64,000 bases of DNA from an uncultured Flavobacteriaceae bacterium (GCA_963793365.1 CAWBZP010000003.1:275698-339697), one strand, 5' to 3'. Shown: positions 10,750 through 20,395, counted from the first letter of the stretch. The notes: generated by a model from the sequence alone, not told the origin. Program-made: numbers and translations.

Positions 10750-11688
10750 TTATTCGTTTAACCCTATTTGTTCTATTCTTGCCCTAGCACTTTCGTTATA
10801 CGTTTTCTCATGCAAGGCGTAATACAAGATACCGTTTACAAACTGACTTAGGCATTGGCCATAAACCAATATTATAAGAACCAGACAAGTAGAAAGCGTG
10901 TAAATAACCGTGGCAACAACAGAGTGGCTGTAATCCACATTGTTTTCAACGATATGAAAGGTGTAAACACCAACAATAATGCCGGGCACTATTAAAGTTA
11001 TCATGAGCAGGATGCCCAACAATAGGCCTAAAACAAAATTGACACCAACCGATTTCCAAAAGCTACCGGAAACCAATTTCCAGCCTTCGCCCAGTGCTTC
11101 GGTGACCCCTTTCTTATTTTCCAACATGTCAAAAAATGAAACCCCAACCCATGCGGTTACAAAAAACTGTAAAGTGTATTGTGCGAAAATGCCCAAGATG
11201 GGAATGATCATCAATATAATTGCTACAATAAAGAAGACCAAATAAAGCGGAATCAATAGCAAGATGAAAAGAACGATAGCACCAAATTGCCCCTTAACAT
11301 AATCCCAGACCTCCTTTTTATTGAACCTATTCGTTTTTGTTTCAACATATTTGATCATATAGCCACTGGCCAAGGAATAGTTTAAAATGGCTATAAAAAT
11401 GAAAATGACGAAAAAAAGAATGCCACCAGTGATCAAGTATAGGTAATAGTTTTGGTCTATAGCGGTATCTCCGGTAAACGAATTTGGGTTAGATTCAAAA
11501 GCGATAAGGCCTATAAATCCAGAAACCAATAAATAGCTAGTAATCAAAAGGCCTACTAAGAATATGCCATTATAGCTCACAAAAACATTTGTAAAATTTT
11601 TGATGTTCTGTTTAAAAAAATCAAAATAAACGGAAATAATTTCTCCAAAATCACGGTTTACCCGCAGAGGTATGTAAGTTTCTTTCAT
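10750..11688 (-). CDS. Polytopic membrane protein, unknown function
   Basis: 312 aa with at least 6 hydrophobic helices. It overlaps the upstream SpoIIM-like gene by 38 nt and is followed 1 nt later by the next gene. Confidence 0.6.
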   Translation of the reverse strand: MKETYIPLRVNRDFGEIISVYFDFFKQNIKNFTNVFVSYNGIFLVGLLITSYLLVSGFIGLIAFESNPNSFTGDTAIDQNYYLYLITGGILFFVIFIFIAILNYSLASGYMIKYVETKTNRFNKKEVWDYVKGQFGAIVLFILLLIPLYLVFFIVAIILMIIPILGIFAQYTLQFFVTAWVGVSFFDMLENKKGVTEALGEGWKLVSGSFWKSVGVNFVLGLLLGILLMITLIVPGIIVGVYTFHIVENNVDYSHSVVATVIYTLSTCLVLIILVYGQCLSQFVNGILYYALHEKTYNESARARIEQIGLNE

Positions 11689-12637
11689 AGTTCTTGTTCA
11701 ACAAAATGGGGTATGCCCAATAATAAAATATTATGAGTACTAAAGAAGCTCCAATTATTAGGAAAGCCAACCAATTGGGCATGTTGGTATACCGTGTTAT
11801 AAAACCTTCAATAAACCCGGCTATAATAAAAAATGGGAGGGTACTTACCACTACTTTTAAACCGTCTTTAGCTCCTTTCATAAACGATACTCGTCTAGAA
11901 TATGTTTTGGGGAAAAGAATACTGTTTCCCATAATAAGACCGGCACAACCAGCAATAATGATTACGGAAATTTCAATAGTACCATGAAGCCAAATCTGTT
12001 TGTTCGCTTCAAAGAATACCCCCTTGGTATAAAAAAAAGTAATGAAGGCGCCTAGCATGATCCCATTGCTAAACAGGATATAGGCCGTTCCCAGACTGGT
12101 AATGACGCCAAAGGAAAAGGCTAGAAAAGCCACCCTTATGTTATTGATCGTGATTCCTAGGAAACTTCCTATTTCACTCCCCCCTTTATAGATTGCTGCC
12201 GGATCGCCATTGGCAATGTTGTTAAGGGTCTCATTTACATAGGCATCGCCCAATAAGAGGCGTACAAAGGTAGCATCGTTGAGTGCGGAAAGGGCTCCTA
12301 TAGCGGTTGCCGCACCAAAAATCAGGAATGCGATTCCTAAGGTATTGTGATACTGTTTAAAAAACAGGGGAAATTCCGTCAACCAGAAATGTAGCACCCG
12401 GTTTTTACTCTCCTTTTTGTTTCTATATATTTTCTGGTGGGCCTGTGAAGCCAATCCGTTTAAGTACAATAAAGTCTTACTTTCTGCGTAATAAGTTTGC
12501 GCGTAGGCCAAATCGTTGGTAAGCTGAATGTAGCCGTTGGCGAGTTCATCCGGATTTGTTTGGGAGCCAAGGGTAATGGCCTTTTCAAATGCTATCCATT
12601 TTTCCTTATTTTGCCTAACAAATGCAGCTTCGCGCAT
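11651..12637 (-). CDS. Stage II sporulation protein M-like (SpoIIM family) membrane protein
   Basis: 328 aa with a soluble N-terminal helical region followed by multiple TM helices, which is the SpoIIM-like architecture. It is the first gene of the minus-strand module. Confidence 0.65.
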   Translation of the reverse strand: MREAAFVRQNKEKWIAFEKAITLGSQTNPDELANGYIQLTNDLAYAQTYYAESKTLLYLNGLASQAHQKIYRNKKESKNRVLHFWLTEFPLFFKQYHNTLGIAFLIFGAATAIGALSALNDATFVRLLLGDAYVNETLNNIANGDPAAIYKGGSEIGSFLGITINNIRVAFLAFSFGVITSLGTAYILFSNGIMLGAFITFFYTKGVFFEANKQIWLHGTIEISVIIIAGCAGLIMGNSILFPKTYSRRVSFMKGAKDGLKVVVSTLPFFIIAGFIEGFITRYTNMPNWLAFLIIGASLVLIIFYYWAYPILLNKNYERNLHTSAGKP

Positions 12638-12670
12638 AAATACTATTTACCTTGTTAAATTTAAGACTTA

Positions 12671-13396
12671 ATGAATAACCTTCAAATCAATACAACGCAA
12701 AATGTCAATCTTAATTATACAATTGTAAGTATAGGGGAGCGGATCGTAGCATTTTTTATTGATCTTTTTATTTTATATCTCTACAGTATTTTGGTCAACC
12801 TTGTAGGTGACGCCATTGGTTACGTTTATGATGACCGTTGGACACAGCGGGGACTTGTAGCCTTAATTTTTTTGCCCGCCATGTTTTACACGCTCTTGAT
12901 GCACATTATTTTTAATGGCCGGACGGTGGGTAAAATGCTTCTGAAAATGCGGGTGGTGAAAGTTGATGGATCTCCCGTACATTGGAGTAATTATTTGGTT
13001 CGATGGATGTTGAGGTTGGTCGATATTTGGTTGTTTGTTGGCTCAATAGGACTTTTAACGATTTTGTTTTCTGAAAAAAGGCAACGTCTGGGAGATGCGG
13101 CAGCCGGCACGGTGGTTATAAGCACAAAAAATAGAACTACGGTATCCCACACAATTTTGGAAGAACTGGATGTTACCTACGTACCAAAATTTACCAATGT
13201 AACCCTTTTGACGGATAAGGATGTTCGTTTAATTAAAGAAACCTTTACTATTGCAAAAGGAAGTAGTGATTTTAGAACCTTGAAAGCATTGCGCGAGAAG
13301 GTAGAAAGCATATTAAAAACCAATTCTGAATTGTACGATATTCAATACTTGGATACCGTTTTAAAGGATTATAATTACTTCACACAACAGGTATAA
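12671..13396 (+). CDS. RDD family membrane protein
   Basis: 241 aa with an RDD-type TM core (RIVAFFIDLFILY...RQRLGDAAAGTVVI) and a C-terminal soluble tail. It is divergent from the SpoIIM-like gene. Confidence 0.8.
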   Translation: MNNLQINTTQNVNLNYTIVSIGERIVAFFIDLFILYLYSILVNLVGDAIGYVYDDRWTQRGLVALIFLPAMFYTLLMHIIFNGRTVGKMLLKMRVVKVDGSPVHWSNYLVRWMLRLVDIWLFVGSIGLLTILFSEKRQRLGDAAAGTVVISTKNRTTVSHTILEELDVTYVPKFTNVTLLTDKDVRLIKETFTIAKGSSDFRTLKALREKVESILKTNSELYDIQYLDTVLKDYNYFTQQV

Positions 13397-13399
13397 GCT

Positions 13400-14011
13400 A
13401 TGTTTTATTTCATCGTTGATATTTTAGGAACCATAGCCTTTGCAATTTCTGGAGTCTTGGTTGCCATGGATAAAAAACTGGATGTTTTTGGTGTCTTGAT
13501 TATCGCTTTTGTGACCGCTGTGGGCGGGGGTACCTTACGTGATCTTTTAATAGGAATACGACCTGTAGGCTGGTTAATGGCACCTATGCATTTACTTATT
13601 ATAATAACAACGGTGATTCTGGCCATAGCCTTCGTAAAACAATTGAAGTATTTTAGAAAATCACTTTTCCTTTTTGATACGATCGGTATTGGATTATACA
13701 CCATGGTAGGTGTGGAGAAAGGGTTGGCAGCGAGCCTTTCCCCAATTATGTGTATAGCGTTGGGTACCATTACCGCATGCTTTGGTGGCGTTATACGAGA
13801 TATTCTTTGTAATGAAATACCGGTGATTTTTAGAAAGGAAATTTACGCAACGGTCTGTATCCTTGGTGCTATGGTGTATTTTTTGTTGATACAGTTCCCG
13901 ATCAACGATACCATAGCCCATAGTTTGGCAATTTTAACGATTATCGTTACCAGAATTTTGGCCGTTAGATTCAAGATTTCCTTACCCAATATTTACGCGA
14001 GAGGTTCATAA
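13400..14011 (+). CDS. Trimeric intracellular cation channel (UPF0126/YadS) family protein
   Basis: 203 aa with the duplicated UPF0126 motif GGGTLRDLL / FGGVIRDIL. Confidence 0.8.
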   Translation: MFYFIVDILGTIAFAISGVLVAMDKKLDVFGVLIIAFVTAVGGGTLRDLLIGIRPVGWLMAPMHLLIIITTVILAIAFVKQLKYFRKSLFLFDTIGIGLYTMVGVEKGLAASLSPIMCIALGTITACFGGVIRDILCNEIPVIFRKEIYATVCILGAMVYFLLIQFPINDTIAHSLAILTIIVTRILAVRFKISLPNIYARGS

Positions 14012-14106
14012 ATCATCGAGTAATACCTCTTTAAAATGGGAAAAACCTGGCGTTTAATTGGTATCAAAAAAAAGGAATTCTTTGGCTGGTAAACTTTAAC
14101 TAAATA

Positions 14107-14829
14107 CTACTCAATGACCTCCGCTTTTTCTATATAAATGTTTTGCATGGGCCAATCACCTTCCCCAATAGGCTGGTTATTAATCTTATCCACGACATCC
14201 ATACCTTCTATAACCTTACCAAAAGGGGTGTATTCACCATCTAGGTGGTATGACCCTGGATCGGTTACCACGATAAAAAATTCATACGGGGAAGCCAGCA
14301 TATGCGGATTGTCACGTTCACTACTTGGCATAGAAATAGTGCCACGGTCATGCCTATGCCCTTTACGGGTATCAGGGGGTAAGAGGTACCTGCCTATATC
14401 ACTTCTCTTTTTTCCGGTTTTGGCGTCATCCGAATTACCTCCTTGAATAATGAAATTCCTTACGACCCTATGGAATTGGGTGTAATCAAAATAGCCTTTG
14501 CGCGTTAAATAAATAAAATTGGCTCTGTGGTAGGGAACGTTTTCATAAAGTTCTATGACAAAACTTCCTAAATTGGTAGTAATTTTCACCTTGTTCGCTT
14601 CAAGGGTCTTTTCATAGTTGAAAAAGAAATCGATGGCATTATCCTCTGTCAGTTCAAATTCCTCCTCCTCCTCCTGAATTTTTTTTTCTTCCGAGGTTGC
14701 TATTTCTGCTGAATCTATGGTTTGCGTTGGTTGAGATGTTGTACTTTCAATGTTGTTAGAAGTATCTTTGCAGCTTACGGCAAATAAAACTGTAATTAAA
14801 AAATACAAAGCGCATTTACGTAATTTCAT
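14107..14829 (-). CDS. Cyclophilin-type peptidyl-prolyl cis-trans isomerase (lipoprotein)
   Basis: Start chosen at MKLRKCALYFLITVLFAVSCKD (lipobox) rather than the longer track ORF. The cyclophilin core is FHRVVRNFIIQGG...GTISMPSS. Confidence 0.88.
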   Translation of the reverse strand: MKLRKCALYFLITVLFAVSCKDTSNNIESTTSQPTQTIDSAEIATSEEKKIQEEEEEFELTEDNAIDFFFNYEKTLEANKVKITTNLGSFVIELYENVPYHRANFIYLTRKGYFDYTQFHRVVRNFIIQGGNSDDAKTGKKRSDIGRYLLPPDTRKGHRHDRGTISMPSSERDNPHMLASPYEFFIVVTDPGSYHLDGEYTPFGKVIEGMDVVDKINNQPIGEGDWPMQNIYIEKAEVIE

Positions 14830-15469
14830 GGATTTCGAGTTTTTTGAACAACGAATATCAAAAATAAAAAATCTACCGCTACCGGGAGAGGCCTCACAGT
14901 ATAAAATGGCGCCAGAAGGTCGCTTACATGAATTGAAGCAACTGGATTTGCATAAGAAAAATCCGAGAAGTGCAGCGGTCATGGCCTTATTTTATCCATC
15001 TTTAAATCAAGGTACGAACCTTCTGTTGATACTGCGAAAAACCTATAAAGGGATTCATTCCAATCAAGTAGGATTTCCGGGGGGCAAAGCAGAAAAGGCC
15101 GATGACGGACTCCTAACAACAGCCCTAAGGGAAACCCATGAGGAGGTTGGGGTAGTGCCAAAGGATATAACGGTGGTTAAAAAAATCACTGAAATTTTCA
15201 TTCCCCCCAGTAATTTCATAGTGCATCCGTTTATCGGTCTCTATAAGGATCCAAAGCCATTTGTTAAACAGGATACGGAGGTGGAAATGATTTTGGAGAT
15301 TCCTATTTTGGATTTTATGGATGAAAAGAGCATTGTGCTAAAAAGGTTAAGCACGTCTTATGCAATCGATATAGAGGTACCGGCCTTTGAATTAAATGGT
15401 TATATTGTTTGGGGAGCCACTGCAATGATGTTGAACGAGATTAAAGAATTGATAAAGCAAGTGTTGTAA
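14828..15469 (+). CDS. NUDIX hydrolase, CoA pyrophosphatase type
   Basis: Start chosen at MDFEFFEQRISKIKNLPLPGE. The NUDIX box is GGKAEKADDGLLTTALRETHEEVGV. Confidence 0.85.
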   Translation: MDFEFFEQRISKIKNLPLPGEASQYKMAPEGRLHELKQLDLHKKNPRSAAVMALFYPSLNQGTNLLLILRKTYKGIHSNQVGFPGGKAEKADDGLLTTALRETHEEVGVVPKDITVVKKITEIFIPPSNFIVHPFIGLYKDPKPFVKQDTEVEMILEIPILDFMDEKSIVLKRLSTSYAIDIEVPAFELNGYIVWGATAMMLNEIKELIKQVL

Positions 15470-15494
15470 TTCATATTTATTTATTTTAGCATTT

Positions 15495-16304
15495 ATGGGA
15501 TTATTTAAAACAAACCCTTTTGGGCATAACCTCTTTTTGAAAAAATGGCTAATCCGTATTTTGGCCGTTCTTTCGCATCAACGCTACAAGCGTTTTAATA
15601 CCTTAGAAATAGACGGATCTGAAATCATTAGGGCCTTACCGGATAGAAATGTTTTGTTTGTAAGTAATCACCAAACCTATTTTGCGGACGTGGTGGCTAT
15701 GTTCCATGTTTTTAATGCCAGTTTAAGCGGTAGGGAGGATTCCATTAAAAACCTGGGGTATATATGGCAGCCCAAATTGAATATGTATTATGTGGCAGCT
15801 GCGGAAACCATGAAAAAAAGTCTTTTGACCAAAATTATGGCTTATGCAGGTTCTGTTAGCGTAGAACGTACATGGCGCGCGCAGGGCCAAGAAGTAAATA
15901 GGCAGGTAAAGATGAGTGATATTTCAAATATCGGAAAAGCATTGAATGATGGTTGGGTCATCACCTTTCCTCAGGGAACTACAACGCCTTGGAAACCATT
16001 GCGAAAAGGCACGGCCCACATAATCAAAAAATACAGACCTGTTGTTGTACCTGTCGTAATCGATGGCTTTAGGCGTTCGTTCGATAAAAAGGGTCTACGG
16101 ATCAAGAAAAAAGGAATACTACAATCAATGGTGATAAAGGAACCCTTGGATATAGATTATGATAATGAATCCACAGAATCAATCATAGAAAAGTTGGAAT
16201 ACGCCATTGAGCAGCACCCTTCGTTTTTAAAAGTTATCTCCAAAGAAGACTTATTGGCCTATGAAGAGGAAAATAAACAACGTAAATTTAGAAAGCCGTC
16301 TTAA
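15495..16304 (+). CDS. Lysophospholipid (1-acyl-sn-glycerol-3-phosphate) acyltransferase family protein
   Basis: 269 aa with HX4D motif NHQTYFAD and FPQGT motif. Confidence 0.8.
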   Translation: MGLFKTNPFGHNLFLKKWLIRILAVLSHQRYKRFNTLEIDGSEIIRALPDRNVLFVSNHQTYFADVVAMFHVFNASLSGREDSIKNLGYIWQPKLNMYYVAAAETMKKSLLTKIMAYAGSVSVERTWRAQGQEVNRQVKMSDISNIGKALNDGWVITFPQGTTTPWKPLRKGTAHIIKKYRPVVVPVVIDGFRRSFDKKGLRIKKKGILQSMVIKEPLDIDYDNESTESIIEKLEYAIEQHPSFLKVISKEDLLAYEEENKQRKFRKPS

Positions 16305-16951
16305 ATCTGCAAATTTCTTAATTCCCTATAATTTCTATTTAACTTTCGCAGTAAGAGTCCGTAAATAAGGAAGTAAAACAAGGATAAAAAGGCAACAAAG
16401 CCCAAACCAAAAAGCCCGATTCCAATAATTAGGGATATTTTTAATTTCTCTGGTGAAATATCACTAAGTTGGTCGCTCATCTCTGGGAAAGCACCTATAA
16501 TATCATCATTTAAATAAATCCCCAGTATTATGATAAGGAAAATGAGGACCGCCATACCAAGGGAAAAGATAATGTAGTGCTTTACCGTTCTGCGGGTCTT
16601 TATGATTTTGCGCATTAGGTTTTTCGTATTTTCCAAAACGGAAATTTCCTTAAACCTCAGGTAGAATTGATAGATGAAATACAGGACCACTAGGTAATAG
16701 AAAATTGAGATTCCAAAAAAATAATTGGAAACACCCATATCCTCATACACCTTCATAGTATCTGACATACCTGGAAGTAGATAGAGTAACTGTGGCAGCA
16801 CAAATTCGAGGATACTTATAATCAAAATCCATTTTACAATGGAAGATGATTTTTTCCAAATCATTTTATGGATTTCCTCATAGCTTAATTTAGGAACATC
16901 AAATTCCTTTTTTTGCCAGTCTTTTTTCAATAATTCCAATTCATCCGTCAT
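16301..16951 (-). CDS. Polytopic membrane protein co-transcribed with an ECF sigma factor
   Basis: 216 aa with 4 predicted TM helices. It starts 4 nt after the sigma-factor stop. Confidence 0.55.
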   Translation of the reverse strand: MTDELELLKKDWQKKEFDVPKLSYEEIHKMIWKKSSSIVKWILIISILEFVLPQLLYLLPGMSDTMKVYEDMGVSNYFFGISIFYYLVVLYFIYQFYLRFKEISVLENTKNLMRKIIKTRRTVKHYIIFSLGMAVLIFLIIILGIYLNDDIIGAFPEMSDQLSDISPEKLKISLIIGIGLFGLGFVAFLSLFYFLIYGLLLRKLNRNYRELRNLQI

Positions 16952-16955
16952 AAGA

Positions 16956-17450
16956 TCAAGGATTCAATATGGTTCTTAATTTTGTTTTGATACGATTCAT
17001 CTTTACACGGGCGTTCACCTCTGTTATACCCAAGGTGTCTGCTATTTCCGTGTAGTTCTTGTCTTCAAGGTACAAGAATACCAGGGCCTTGTCCACATCT
17101 CCCAATTGTTTTACCGCCGTGTACATAAGTTTAAGTTGCACCTCTTCCGTTTCATCATATTCATCTGCCTTTATCTTGAAAATGACCGAATCATAATCGA
17201 CCGTGTCCAATCTTTTTTTGTTCTTTCGATACAGGGTAATTGCCGTGTTCAGCGCTACACGGTACATCCAGGTACTAAATTTTGCCTCGCCCCTAAATTT
17301 TGGATAAGCTTTCCACAATTGTATTGTAATCTCCTGAAAAAGGTCATTGTGCGAGTCGCGGTCATTGGTATATAATGTACACACCTTGTGGACAATGTTT
17401 TGATTGTCCTGCAGCTCCGTCACAAATTTGTGTTCCAGGTCCTTGTTCAC
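16956..17450 (-). CDS. RNA polymerase ECF-type sigma-70 factor
   Basis: 164 aa with region 2 (DLFQEITIQLWKAYPKF) and a region 4 HTH (YTEIADTLGITEVNARVKMNRIK). Confidence 0.88.
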   Translation of the reverse strand: MNKDLEHKFVTELQDNQNIVHKVCTLYTNDRDSHNDLFQEITIQLWKAYPKFRGEAKFSTWMYRVALNTAITLYRKNKKRLDTVDYDSVIFKIKADEYDETEEVQLKLMYTAVKQLGDVDKALVFLYLEDKNYTEIADTLGITEVNARVKMNRIKTKLRTILNP

Positions 17451-17520
17451 TCGTGGTTGGTATTCTTACGTTGTTAGTCTTGGGATCGTTCTTTTTGTTA
17501 CAAAAAAGTTTCCCAGAAAT

Positions 17521-17549
17521 GAAAAAGTGCTCAAGATTGTCTTGGCACT
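17521..17549 (-). terminator. Rho-independent terminator downstream of the M20 peptidase gene
   Basis: The inverted repeat AGTGC-T-CAAGA/TCTTG-GCACT is flanked by an A run on the + strand, which is a T run on the - strand. It begins 25 nt past the stop at 17574. Confidence 0.5.
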
Positions 17550-17573
17550 TTTCTAAATGGTTCGCAGTATTGA

Positions 17574-19001
17574 TTATTTGCGGTAATCCAAGGCGGGGGC
17601 CCGATCACCCAGAAGTGGAACGTATTTAAAATTCGCTCCTCTTTTCTCCAAAAATTCGGCTTTTGCGTCCGCTATCATTTTCTTATCCTTAAATAAATCG
17701 ATGGCGGTCATGGTAAGGGTTTTGGCCGCTACCATCATTCCCTTTCTACCAATAGAAGTTCCGCCGGCAGCAACGGCCTGCCAACTGTGAGCCGGTGTTC
17801 CAGGTACCCATGTTGCGGTTCCAAAGCCCACGGTAGGCACGGTAAAACTAACGTCGCCAACATCGGTAGATCCATAGGCCCTCGCTTCTGTTTGGTACGA
17901 TTGTACATTTTTTGCCACATCCAAGTCTGCTTTTTCCATACCTAGGGTTTTCGCTATTTTATCCGCAAAGACTTTTTCCTCATCGGTATAGGTTATTCCA
18001 CCTACCTCACTTAGATTCTCGTGCATTAATTTTTGAAGGGTAAGGTTGGGTAGTAGTTCGTGAGTACCTCCTATCATTTCAAAATCCATTGTAGTTCCTG
18101 TACCTAAAGCAGCACCTTCGGCCGCTTTGACCATACGATCAAATATGTCGATAACTACATCGCGATTATTATGGCGGGCATAGTAATACACTTCCGCAAA
18201 ATCAGGAACAACATTGGGCGCTTTACCACCAGCAGTAATCACATAGTGTATTCTTGCCTCTTGGGGTACATGTTCGCGCATCATGTTCACCATCATATTC
18301 ATCGCTTCTACACCATCAAGGGCAGAACGCCCTTTTTCAGGTGATCCGGCCGCATGGGCAGAAATACCGTGAAACCTGAACTTGGCAGATTTATTGGCCA
18401 ATGCCGCACCGGCACTAGCCGCATTTTGGGCTCCCGGATGCCAGTGCAAAGCAACATCGACATCATCAAAAAGACCCTCACGCACCATATATACTTTTCC
18501 AGAGCCTCCTTCTTCTGCGGGAGTGCCATAAAACCGTATCGTGCCTTGCATCTTGTTAGCGGCCAACCAATCTTTTGTAGCTATGGCGGCAGCGGTTGAT
18601 GCAGTTCCAAAAAGGTGATGTCCGCAAGCATGCCCCGCTGCCTTACCGGCCGATTCTTTTTCGGCAACGGCTTTCTGCGACAGACCGGGTAGGGCATCGT
18701 ATTCGCCCATTATGGCAATAACCGGAGTGCCGTTGCCGTATTCCGCAATAAACGCGGTCGGTATTCCAGCAACGCCTTTTTTAATCGAGAAACCGGCATC
18801 TTGAAGCGTTTTTTGTAACAAACCTGAACTTTGGTTCTCTTGATACCCCATTTCTGCAAACTCCCATATATTTTGGGCTATAGTTCCGTAGGTCTCACTT
18901 TTCTGTTCAAGATTTTTTATAATTTCCTTTTCACTTTTTTGCGCTTGCATCGAAACAAGGCATGTGCTAAGTACAGCACATAAAATATAGAATTTTTGCA
19001 T
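17574..19001 (-). CDS. M20 family amidohydrolase (AbgB-like), exported
   Basis: 475 aa with a signal peptide and metal-site motifs HACGHH and GTPAEEGGSGK. Confidence 0.88.
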   Translation of the reverse strand: MQKFYILCAVLSTCLVSMQAQKSEKEIIKNLEQKSETYGTIAQNIWEFAEMGYQENQSSGLLQKTLQDAGFSIKKGVAGIPTAFIAEYGNGTPVIAIMGEYDALPGLSQKAVAEKESAGKAAGHACGHHLFGTASTAAAIATKDWLAANKMQGTIRFYGTPAEEGGSGKVYMVREGLFDDVDVALHWHPGAQNAASAGAALANKSAKFRFHGISAHAAGSPEKGRSALDGVEAMNMMVNMMREHVPQEARIHYVITAGGKAPNVVPDFAEVYYYARHNNRDVVIDIFDRMVKAAEGAALGTGTTMDFEMIGGTHELLPNLTLQKLMHENLSEVGGITYTDEEKVFADKIAKTLGMEKADLDVAKNVQSYQTEARAYGSTDVGDVSFTVPTVGFGTATWVPGTPAHSWQAVAAGGTSIGRKGMMVAAKTLTMTAIDLFKDKKMIADAKAEFLEKRGANFKYVPLLGDRAPALDYRK

Positions 19002-19100
19002 GTTTGTTCCATTATGGGTTAGGTGCTAAAGATACTAAAAACACCATGTTGTTTTAAAGTAGGTTATCATTTGTTTAAATTTGCGGCTTACCTAGTAACT

Positions 19101-20393
19101 ATGAACATACCCCTTTCAAGTTATCCACGAATCGTAATTATTGGTGGTGGCTTCGGCGGAATATCCCTGGCAAGGCGCATGCGTAAAAAAGAAGTGCAGG
19201 TGGTGCTGCTCGATAGGAATAATTACCACACATTTCAACCTTTGTTGTATCAAGTTTCCACCGGCGGATTGGAGCCTGACTCCATAGCCTACCCCCTGCG
19301 AAAGGTATTGATTGGCTATGATAACTTTTATTTCAGGTTGGCAGAAGTGAATGAGGTGATGCCCGATAAAAAGGTACTGAAGACCAATATAGGTGAACTT
19401 AAGTACGATTATCTTGTGATTGCAACGGGCTCGGAAACCAATTTCTTTGGCAATACGGAAATTGAAAAATATGCCATGGCAATGAAATCCATTCCGCAAT
19501 CCCTTAATTTAAGAAGCCTGATTCTCGAAAATTTCGAACAGGCCTTATTGACGGATGATTATCATGAACGGGACGCCCTAATGAATTTCGTAATCGTAGG
19601 AGGCGGCCCTACTGGAGTTGAATTGGCCGGAGCACTGGCAGAAATTAAAAAAGGCATTTTACCCAAGGATTATCCAGACCTGGATACGCGCAGGGCACAA
19701 ATTAACCTTATCCAAGGTGGGGATAAGCTCTTGGACGGTATGAGTGAGCAAGCTTCTAAAAAAGCAGAGGATTTTTTGGAGGAATTAGGAGTACAGGTTT
19801 GGAAGGGAGTAAGGGTTACTGGATATAATGGTAAAACCGTAACCACAAAAACAGATTTGGCTTTTGAATCTGCGGCCGTAGTTTGGGCGGCAGGTGTAAA
19901 AGGGGCCAATGTAAAGGGACTGGACGCAGTGGAATTGTTGGCTGCGGGGAATAGGATCAATGTCAATGAATTTAACCAACTCAAGGCATATCCTGAAATA
20001 TTTGCCATAGGTGATATTGCTTGTATGGCCAGTGTGGAAAACCCCAGGGGTCATCCAATGGTAGCGCAACCAGCAATGCAACAGGGAAGGCTCCTGGGTG
20101 AAAACTTAATTAACCTGATCGAGAACAAGCCCATGAAACCCTTTCAATATGTAGACAAGGGTAGTATGGCTACGGTAGGTAGAAATAAAGCAGTATGCGA
20201 TATAAAAGGCTTCCGATTCCAAGGGGTTTTTGCTTGGTTCGTTTGGATGTTCGTCCATCTGTTTTTTCTCATCGGATTCAGGAATAGAATGGTAGTGTTT
20301 ATTAATTGGGTCTATAATTATATTAAGTTCGATAGGGAAGCCAGACTAATCATTAGGCCCTTCAAAAGGGATTATAGTCAGTTCAAGGACTAA
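19101..20393 (+). CDS. ndh: Type II NADH:quinone oxidoreductase (NDH-2)
   Basis: Start chosen at MNIPLSSYPRIVIIGGGFGG. There is a second dinucleotide motif VIVGGGPTGVELAG and a C-terminal membrane-association segment. Confidence 0.9.
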   Translation: MNIPLSSYPRIVIIGGGFGGISLARRMRKKEVQVVLLDRNNYHTFQPLLYQVSTGGLEPDSIAYPLRKVLIGYDNFYFRLAEVNEVMPDKKVLKTNIGELKYDYLVIATGSETNFFGNTEIEKYAMAMKSIPQSLNLRSLILENFEQALLTDDYHERDALMNFVIVGGGPTGVELAGALAEIKKGILPKDYPDLDTRRAQINLIQGGDKLLDGMSEQASKKAEDFLEELGVQVWKGVRVTGYNGKTVTTKTDLAFESAAVVWAAGVKGANVKGLDAVELLAAGNRINVNEFNQLKAYPEIFAIGDIACMASVENPRGHPMVAQPAMQQGRLLGENLINLIENKPMKPFQYVDKGSMATVGRNKAVCDIKGFRFQGVFAWFVWMFVHLFFLIGFRNRMVVFINWVYNYIKFDREARLIIRPFKRDYSQFKD

Positions 20394-20395
20394 AC

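Noticed and set aside
14676-14692. Other poly-A/T runs inside genes (A9 in the PPIase at ~14685, A8 in DUF58 at ~7231, A8 in glgB at ~28905) as phase-variation or slippage sites.
   Set aside because: They simply encode Lys-Lys in an AAA-preferring genome. There is no functional domain boundary or known precedent for these families. Only the dnaX run has positional and mechanistic precedent.
14830-14982. N-terminal extensions in the ORF track: 14830..14982, 19023..19100, 25328..25384, 33678..33722, 47088..47204 (TTG start), 51275..51334 and 55857..55880 (TTG start).
   Set aside because: Downstream ATGs give canonical N-termini, such as signal peptides, Rossmann motifs or the PPK1 and PyrR signatures. 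The extensions would overlap upstream genes or terminators.
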